Below are positions 7,590 to 15,273 of a stretch of DNA of 15,273 bases, piece after piece; the stretch's first letter is position 1, and every line of letters begins with the position of its first letter. A program made the translations under genes and the position numbers. The stretch is from Octopus sinensis. Lineage: Eukaryota. The notes beneath the pieces are model-generated. The model did no database searches, was not told the origin of the DNA, and worked only from the letters and a program-made list of their open reading frames with translations. The stretch spans positions 1-15,273 of the forward strand of contig NW_021825537.1 in NCBI RefSeq assembly GCF_006345805.1. Reading direction: 5' to 3'.

Positions 7590-7653
7590 CTTCATATATG
7601 TGTTTCTCACTTTACAGTTTGTCAAGCGGTGGAGTAGAAACACATATATGAAG
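7590..7653. repeat. Perfect 18-bp inverted repeat with 28-nt spacer
   Basis: CTTCATATATGTGTTTCT (7590-7607) and AGAAACACATATATGAAG (7636-7653). Confidence 0.9.
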
Positions 7654-7730
7654 ACACACACACACATCTATGTAAATATCTCTATATATGTAAACGAAGG
7701 GATTCCACATTGATTCCATCGAAAATCTTC

Positions 7731-8896
7731 ATGGGAAGAAAAACCTTACAGCATGACTTCCTTAAGACGGAAGTCAGGTAGTTGCAGCCAATAGTGACCC
7801 TTCTGACGGAACTCATATTCCAAGCGGCATCCTCCAGAGAACTGTTCTGGGGCCATTAGTGTTCATAATAACCGTCTTAAACATGCCTGCAGTCACTCGG
7901 ACAACCATTGTCACTAGCTATGCCAATGATACAAAATTATCACAAAAATCAAAGTGACATCGCAAGCTTAGAGCGGGATCTAAATTCGATATAGACGTGG
8001 ACCGAAATAAACAGCATGCAGTTAAATGCTGGAAAATCTCAAGCACTGCACTATCAACTCACGAATGCACTACAGCCTGCATATATGGCACCCGAAGGCA
8101 CTGCAATCCCAGAGTCACGGGCAGTGAAAGACTTGGGAATCAGTATATGCAATGACGCATCATTTTATATGCATATTACCAAGATGGCAGCAAAGTGCAG
8201 ACCACTAGCAGAGTGGATACTGAGGGCCTTCAAGACAAGAGACCAAGAAACTACGTCGACCATGAGGAGAACCTTTGTTCTCAGTTGCCTGTATTACTGC
8301 TCCCAAGTCTGGTTATCATATAGTGCCAAACAAATAGTGGAGCTTGAAGCAATCCAACGCCACTACACAAAAAAGATTGAAACAGTGCAGCGGATGAGTT
8401 GTAGGGACAGGCTGAGAAACTGCAGCTCTACTCCCTGGAAAGGAGGCGCAACAGTTACACAATAATCTACATATGGAAAACTCTGGAGGGGCTAGTACCT
8501 AATTTCGGCTTTGAGTGTTATTCAAATGCCAGAACTGGCCGCCATCGTATTGTATCAAAGGTGTTATCCACTCCATCTATATTCAGGATCATCTACTGCA
8601 ATAGTCTAGGGTTTAAAGGCCCACAACTCTTCAACACCCTGCCACAAAATTTAAGAAAGCTGCATAAGGTGGAAGTAGAAGTCTTCAAAGAGGAACTAGA
8701 CATCCTCATCTCCACAATACCGGATGAAACAGCAGCTCGATATGTGGTAGAGACGAGGATAGCGGAATCAGACTCCCTTACACACCAAATGAGCCAACAG
8801 CTGGGACGAAGGCACATAGAGGAGTGAAACGCCCCAGACTTAGGAATTCAGATGGATCACGGTGGTGCTACAGAATTATCGCCTCAGCATGGTGCA
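7731..8896 (+). pseudogene. 5'-truncated, decayed CR1-group LINE: RT C-terminal half plus 3' UTR
   Basis: From 7823: SGILQRTVLGPLVFII...SYANDTKL (degenerate SGVPQGSVLGP and YADD; YAND at 7919-7930). From 8016: MQLNAGK...VKDLGI...F..HI...ILRAFKTRD...YCSQVW...LEAIQRHYTKKI. Then GPQLFNTLPQNLR...FKEELD. Stops and frameshifts are present; the element ends at a (TA)/(TATG) tail. Confidence 0.88.
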
Positions 8897-8970
8897 TATA
8901 TATATATGCAGCATATATTATGTATGTATGTATGTATGCATGTATGCATGTATGTATGTATGTATGTATT
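8897..8970. repeat. (TA)n/(TATG)n tail
   Basis: Read directly. Confidence 0.9.
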
Positions 8971-8977
8971 ATGTAGT

Positions 8978-9435
8978 GGAGGCGCAATGACCCAGTGGTT
9001 AGGGTAGCGGACTCGCGGTTTCGATTCCCAGACCGGGCATTGTGAGTGTTTATTGAGCGAAAACACCTAAAGCTCCACGAGGCTCTGGCAGGGGGTGGTG
9101 GTGAACCCTGCTGTACTCTTTCACCACAACTTTCTCTCACTCTTTCTTCCTGTTTCTGTTGTACCTGTTTTTCAAAGGGTCAGCCTTGTCACACTCTGTG
9201 TCACGCTGAATCTCCCCAAGAACTACGTTATGGGTCAGCCACTTGCACGTTGATAAATGAGCTGCGACGTCAATGGTGCCAAGCTGTATCGGCCTTTGCC
9301 TTTCCTTTGGATAACATCGGTGGCTGGTATGCGTGGGCGACTGCTGGTCTTCCATAAACAACCTTGCCCAGACTTGTGCCTCGGAGGGTAACTTTCTAGG
9401 TGCAACTCCATGGTCATTCATGACCGAAGGAGGTC
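8978..9435 (+). mobile_element. Long tRNA-derived SINE (family 3, about 460 bp)
   Basis: Head GGAGGCGCAATGACCCAGTGGTTAGGG with A-box-like 8988-8998 and B-box-like GTTTCGATTCC 9018-9028; 3' stem-loop GGTCA-TTCA-TGACC near the end; (TATG)n on both sides. Confidence 0.85.
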
Positions 9436-9946
9436 ACAATCACAATGTATGTATGTATTTTCACGACACAGTATCAGACAACCAGCGACAAGAAGAGAGT
9501 TAATCTGAATAAGAATCTGAAATGCTTGCCCACCCTCATGACTGTTTCAACATTTTAAAGTGTATTATTCTCGAGTAAGCTGTTTGGTGGCCTAATAAAA
9601 TAGAGACAAAATGCAGAGGCAGACATTTATTAAATTGGTCACCATAGGTTGCTAGATGTACGGATAAGGCGACGGAAAGAAAGAGAAATTAGAAAGAAAA
9701 AAAAAACAGGAACGATACAAAGAAAGAAACAAACAAAGACATTTATAATTGCTCAAATAAGATAGCTTAGAATTAATTATCTAAACAGGATAAAGAAAAG
9801 AAAAATAGCCTGGACAAGGAATTGCAATGTTGAAATAATGAAAATGGCGACCGAACGAGGCAAACAAAGAAAAACTATAAAATTATATAAGAAAATAAGA
9901 AAACTGAAAAATGCAACAAACAAAATAATACAGGGTTAGATTCGTA

Positions 9947-10022
9947 GATTGACAGACAAGCAGACAGACAGAAAGACAGACAGATAGATAAATAGATAGG
10001 TAGATAGCTAGATAGATAGATC

Positions 10023-10058
<36 letters not shown>

Positions 10059-10059
10059 C

Positions 10060-10121
<62 letters not shown>

Positions 10122-10146
10122 GACATACGTATATACAGATAGATAA

Positions 10147-10243
<97 letters not shown>

Positions 10244-10250
10244 CGATAAA
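9947..10250. repeat. (GATA)n/(GACA)n tetranucleotide satellite
   Basis: Read directly; about 300 bp. Confidence 0.95.
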
Positions 10251-10254
10251 AAGT

Positions 10255-10362
10255 GAGGGAGAAAGAGTAAGAAAGAGAGAGATAAAAATAGAGAAAGATA
10301 AGCTGTGATAAAGAGAGAGACAGACATACAGAGAGAAAGAGAGATGGAGAGAGAGAGAGAGA

Positions 10363-10402
<40 letters not shown>

Positions 10403-10420
10403 AATAGCGAGAGAGGAAGG
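10255..10420. repeat. (GA)n purine tract
   Basis: Read directly. Confidence 0.9.
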
Positions 10421-10490
10421 AGACATATTAAGATCAACGAATCGTGTGATTGGGTGAAATAATGAAGTCCAAAATAAGAGGGATATAACA

Positions 10491-10492
10491 GT

Positions 10493-10524
<32 letters not shown>

Positions 10525-10610
10525 CAATGGTAATGATGATGGGGCGTCGATGATGATGATGACGATTAAGACCATGGTGATTATGATGATGATGACAATG
10601 ATGATGACAG
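10491..10610. repeat. (GAT)/(GAC)n
   Basis: Read directly. Confidence 0.9.
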
Positions 10611-10669
10611 TAATGGCTGTTTTATTAGTAGTTGCTGCTTAGTCCCACATCAGCAATGATTTAGGATAT

Positions 10670-10830
10670 ACGTGATGAAAGGCGTTCTAGCCGTGGCCAT
10701 CCCGGAGTTTTGCTACTCAAAGGAAATCAGATTCATAACATTCAAAACACGGGTTCTATGAACGTAGAGTGATTTCATTCAGAGAAGATTTGGCTGCTAT
10801 TTCCAGCAACTTCAGTCGCTACGTAGAGGC
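10670..10830 (+). repeat. Diverged unclassified dispersed repeat (family U)
   Basis: TGATGAAAGGCGTTCTAGCCGTGGCCATCCCG ... GATTTGGCTGCTATTTCCAGC, homologous to 1494-1623. Confidence 0.55.
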
Positions 10831-10869
10831 CAAATATTTGACCCGGTGTTGCTGTTGAGATCGTCGTTA

Positions 10870-11281
10870 ATGTTTTTACCGTTGTTGTTGTAGTTGTTGT
10901 TGATGTCGACATTTGTGTTGACGTTGTTGGCGGTGTTGCTTCCCGGTAGTGAGAAATGACGAGGACGGTGTTGATGAAGATGATGAGGATGGTGGCGGTT
11001 GTAGTGGTGGTGGTGGTGGTGGGTAGGAGTGGTGTTGGTGGTTGGTGAGGCTGGTTGATAGCTGTGATGATGATGATGATGATGATGATTATGATGGTGG
11101 TGGTAGTGATGTTGGTGCTGGTGTTAGTGGTGGTTGTGGTTGCTGGTGGAGCTGAGTGGTAGCCATGATGGTGATGATGATGACGACGAAGACGATGATG
11201 ATGATGGTGATGATGATGATGATGATGGTGATGTTGGTGATTATGATGTTGGCGATAATGATAATGATGATGATGATGATG

Positions 11282-11312
<31 letters not shown>

Positions 11313-11345
11313 CGACGATGGTGGTGGTGGTGGTGGTGATGACGA
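10870..11345. repeat. G/T-rich (GTT)/(GGT)/(GAT) trinucleotide tracts
   Basis: Read directly. Confidence 0.9.
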
Positions 11346-11428
11346 TTGAAGGAAGAAGAGGAAACAAGGATTTAGGAAAGCGAAAGAAACCAGCGTCCAA
11401 AGCAGGAAGATTTATACTGGTGTAGTGA

Positions 11429-11475
11429 ACCGGAAGTGAAGTTGGGAGGTCTCGTATTTCTCTAAAGATGGCAGC
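11429..11475 (+). promoter_or_regulatory. ETS-type site plus YY1-like site in a unique island
   Basis: ACCGGAAGTG (11429-11438) and AAGATGGCAGC (11465-11475). Motif evidence only. Confidence 0.3.
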
Positions 11476-11507
11476 GAAATTGAATGGTGGGAAAAATAAG
11501 ACAAACG

Positions 11508-11629
11508 GCAGCAGCAGCACAACCCCACCACCACTACTACTACTACTACTACCACCACCACCACCACGACAACTACTACTACTACTAATACCTCCGCCAC
11601 TACCACCTCTACAACTACTAACACCACCT

Positions 11630-11665
<36 letters not shown>

Positions 11666-11760
11666 ATACCTCCGCCACTACCACCACCACCACCACTACT
11701 ACTACTACTACTACCCTCACCACCACCATTATTATCCTTACCATCAACATCACCACAAAT
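11508..11760. repeat. C/A-rich (GCA)/(CCA)/(CTA) tract with a 22-nt duplication
   Basis: TAATACCTCCGCCACTACCACC at 11586-11607 and 11664-11685. Confidence 0.9.
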
Positions 11761-12289
11761 AATATCAACAGCATGCTTGCTTGAGCTATTAGAAACTGCA
11801 GCTAAATACCTTTGAAATCATAAGCCTACCAGATAAAAAAAAACAGCATTGGCTAATATGATTCTAAATGCATTTTTGACGAAAAATAAAAGACAGTGTG
11901 GTCACAGCTGGAACATCCGTGATCTTAGATTTACTCAGTGGGAGATGACCCGGTGTTAAACAAGAACGAAACGATTGCTACAACTGCAACAATAGCCAAA
12001 GTAAGAAAATACAGTTTCGAAACGCCTTAAAAAATATAAAAAGTAACAAGCAAGCCAATGAGACTGCTTGAATGAGGTTTTTTAATGTTCTGGTAAAAAT
12101 AGCAGCTAGATCTACCTCGAATTACACCCTCCACTGAGGTTTTTCTGTTTCCTTTGGGATTTTCTGTACCCCCAACAATATGGTAATAACATTCAAACGA
12201 TGTAGTTGTAGGTAGACGATGGTCAAATTATGGTAAGGCTTTCTGAGCACTGATTTGGGACGAAACGAATCTGTGCAACAATATTACAG

Positions 12290-12297
12290 CGAACAAT

Positions 12298-12330
<33 letters not shown>

Positions 12331-12822
12331 GACAGCAATAACAACAACAACAACGACAGCATCATCATCAACAACAACAACAACGACAGCAACAACAACA
12401 AATTAACAACAAGCAACAACCACAACATCAACAAAAGCAATATCACAGCAAATAATACCAATTACAAAAAAAAAAAACAGAACAAAAGCAATATTAAAGT
12501 AAGACAACAATAACAACAAACTCAACACCTACAACATGAACAACCTCAATAACAACAAAAACAACAACAAAAACAACAACAACAGCAACAACAGCAACAA
12601 CAACAGCAACAACAACGGTAACTTCAAAAACAAGACAAGAAACGTTCTCACAAAGAACGCCAATCTCAGTTAAAACTCAAATGAAACCACCACCACCACC
12701 ACCACCACCACCACAACAACAACAACAACAACCTCTTGAAAACCTCAAAAACGTTAACAACAACATTATCGACAACAACAACCGCAACAACAGCAAGAAA
12801 ACAACAATAAAACAACAACAAA
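12290..12822. repeat. (AAC)n-rich tract including (CCA)n at about 12686-12712
   Basis: Read directly. Confidence 0.9.
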
Positions 12823-12939
12823 TGGCTGCTGCCGACCGTCGCATGAAATTTAGATTGTACTATCTGTTCAGTCATAAATTTTACAAACCGATGTCTCTAC
12901 CATTTAGACAGATTCTTCTTATTATTTTCTTTTTGAGTT

Positions 12940-13070
12940 CCTCTCTTATTTTTACCTCAGCCTTTTCTCCATCTCTCCTCCTACCCCTCCTAATCCTTGC
13001 TTGCTCTCTCTCTCTCTCTCTCTCTCTTTCTTTCTCTCTCTCTCTCTCGCTCTCTCGCTCTCTTTCTCTG
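12940..13070. repeat. (CT)n pyrimidine tract
   Basis: Read directly. Confidence 0.85.
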
Positions 13071-13149
13071 TGCTTCGCCATCTTTATTTAAATGGCTGTG
13101 TTGTGGGTTTGCTTTGCTGTGCACCGTTATTGATGGAAGGAAGTTAGCG

Positions 13150-13404
13150 GTTGTGAAACTGTTGTTGTTTTTATTTTTGTTATTATTTCTAGCAGAGGTG
13201 ATGGTGGTGGTGGTGGTGGTGGTGGTGTAGTGTTGTGGTGAAGGTTGAAGGACTTGGTGGTTGTAATACAGTTGTTTTTATTCTTACTGGCGATCGTTCA
13301 GTTGTTGATGTTTCTGAAATTGTTGTAGTTGGTACTGCTGTAATTGTTGCTGATAGTAGAAGTGACGATTATTATAGTAGCGGTTGTAGTGCTTAATGGT
13401 GTTG

Positions 13405-13436
<32 letters not shown>

Positions 13437-13918
13437 AGGGATAATGGTTGTAACATAGCTGTTGTTATTGTTCTTCTTGCTGATGGTGGTGATGATAGTG
13501 ATAATGCTGTTTGTGAGAGTGTTGTTACTGTTCCTGGTGGTGAGGGTGGTACTAGTGAATAGTTGTTCTTGTCAGTGAATGTGGTGGTGGTGGTGGTGGT
13601 GGTGTGGTGGCGGTGGTAGCGGTGGTGGTGACGGTTGCAATGATGGTTGTTAGGCTGTTGTAGTTGCTGCCGCCGCTGATGGTGGTGGTGGTGGTGGTGG
13701 TGGTGGTGGTGGTGATGGTGGTGGTGGTGATGGTGTGGTGGTAATGGTGATGAATGTGGTGGTCGTTGTGATGCTGTTGATACTCTTGTTGCTGGTTGTG
13801 GTGGTGGTGATGTTGATGGTGCTAACTATTGTCGCGTTATTATTTTGTTGTTGCAATTGGCGGCGATGGTATTAGTTGTATTCGTGCTCGTGCTCATGCT
13901 GGCGTTGGTGGTGGTAGT

Positions 13919-13978
<60 letters not shown>

Positions 13979-14089
13979 TTAATAGTAGTAGTAGTAGTAG
14001 TAGTGGTAGTGGTAGTGGTGGTGGTGGTGGTGGTGGCGGTGGCGCCTGTAATAGTAGCAGCAACAACAGTAGCAGCAGTAGTAGTAGTC

Positions 14090-14131
<42 letters not shown>

Positions 14132-14224
14132 ATAATAGTGCTGATGGTGGTGGTTGTATTGGTAGTGGTGGTAATAGTTGTAGTGGTGGTGGTGACGGCA
14201 GTCATAGTAGCAGCAGCAGTAATT

Positions 14225-14257
<33 letters not shown>

Positions 14258-14335
14258 ATAGTAGTAGTAGTAGTAGTAGTAGCGGAACGTATGTTTGAGG
14301 TGTTGGCGGTGGCGATGGTAATGGCGATGGTGTCT
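13150..14335. repeat. About 1.2 kb of G/T-rich (GTT)/(GGT)/(GTA)/(GCA) trinucleotide repeats
   Basis: Read directly; explains the poly-Val, poly-Thr and poly-Pro ORFs here. Confidence 0.92.
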
Positions 14336-14602
14336 TGAGATTTACTACACAACTAATTGAAGGACTCGTCACATACAATGCCATCGTTAGAATATTGAGA
14401 GAACGAGAAGGCAAATGTGGTTTTGTGAATGCGCATGCTTGTGTACGTGTGCGTGAGAGCATGCCTAAGTGTGTCTCTCTGTGTGTAAGTGTGCATGTGT
14501 GAGTGTCTGTGTACGAGAGTAAAAGAGTGTGTTAACGACGTAGAGTTAGAGATTAAGATTGATAAATACTTTAAGATACATGTATATACATATATATATA
14601 TA

Positions 14603-14815
14603 GATCGTTAGCCACTACACACATTTTCTCTCTCCTTTTTTTCTCTCCTTTTTTCTCTCCTTGTTTCTCTCCTTGTTTTTTCTGTGTCCCTTTCTGTAGA
14701 GGAGCGTAGGCTCGAAACGTATAAGACTTTTCTATTCCTGAGCGTTATACTAATACATCTGTTTGTTTTGTACACCACCTGTCTTCGTCTTTTGTTTTTT
14801 TCGTAAACTCTCCCT
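14603..14815 (+). mobile_element. Probable Penelope-like pseudo-LTR / non-autonomous repeat with a hammerhead-like motif
   Basis: About 210 bp bounded by (TA)n on both sides; contains CTGTAGA-G-GAGC-GTAG-GCTC-GAAAC-GTA. No RT or GIY-YIG coding sequence is present, so the class is inferred. Confidence 0.5.
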
Positions 14816-15000
14816 ATATATATATATATATATAATATATATATATATATACTATGTACGTATGTATGTGTGTGTATGGATGTATGTACGTATACATGCG
14901 TGTGTATGTATATAAATAACTGTATATATACGCACTTAAACGTGCCTACAAACACATACACGCACACAGGCACACGCTCACACACACACACACACATGTG
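14816..15000. repeat. (TA)n/(TATG)/(CA)n microsatellites
   Basis: Read directly. Confidence 0.9.
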
Positions 15001-15273
15001 TTTCTGTGTGCATCTGTTTGTTTATAAATGGTAGAAGGAATACATTCACAATAAAAGGCATCTCGGTTTTATATATTACTGTTTTGCTTTAGATTTTAAT
15101 TTTGGTGCTTCCTTCTTTTTGTAGTTTTTGTTCGTTAAAGTCGGAACAGTTTGTTCGATTGGCAGCAGCGGATCAATATTGTGTTTTGATAAACAAAACA
15201 AAGAAGGATGCAGGAAAAACCTGTTTACAAAATAAATTGACATGGCGACCGACAATATTTAGATGACCATCGA

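Noticed and set aside
8016-8827. ORFs 8016-8465 and 8561-8827 as host genes
   Set aside because: They are pieces of one frameshifted CR1-group RT with a degraded catalytic motif (YAND).
10839-11957. 12-bp direct repeat TGACCCGGTGTT (10839-10850 and 11946-11957) as a TSD of a 1.1-kb insertion
   Set aside because: Several 12-mer matches are expected by chance in 15 kb, and the enclosed DNA has no element termini.
12681-13091. MKPPPPP-QQQQ-N-rich ORF resembling a transcription-factor N-terminus
   Set aside because: Built from (CCA)/(CAA)/(CT) repeats, with no recognisable domain.
5926-14335. Non-B DNA potential of (TA)n, (CT)/(GA)n, (TG)n and (GGT)n tracts
   Set aside because: Real in principle but generic for such a microsatellite-rich genome, with nothing specific to this locus.
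794-14997. The many poly-I/Y/T/V/D/M/L/P ORFs, including 9875-10575, 11089-11815 and 13650-14462
   Set aside because: Direct translations of microsatellites.

Overview
AT-rich, microsatellite-saturated animal DNA. The SINE families, (ATT)n/(TA)n/(GATA)n density and retroelement mix look like a coleoid cephalopod (Octopus-like) intron or intergenic region; this taxon call is pattern recognition, not a search result. No intact protein-coding gene is supported: the ORF track is mostly translated simple repeats, and the only real protein-like sequence comes from two dead non-LTR retrotransposons, a CR1-group RT 3' fragment (about 7731-8896, +) and an R4/Dong-like restriction-like-endonuclease 3' fragment (5402-5922, -). 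The window also holds at least nine tRNA-derived SINE copies from three families, three copies of a roughly 550-bp (TAA)n-bounded element with no Pol III head, and a probable Penelope-type non-autonomous repeat. Most notable: (1) a chain of retroelements docked in (ATT/TAA)n tracts at 3746-6150, including a near-perfect 320-bp fold-back; (2) a degenerate minimal hammerhead-ribozyme-like motif at 14690-14725; (3) an isolated 18-bp perfect hairpin at 7590-7653; (4) short unique islands with YY1, ETS, CCAAT and E2F-like motifs, the best being a candidate minus-strand promoter/first exon at about 6530-6640. All alignments and counts were done by hand.
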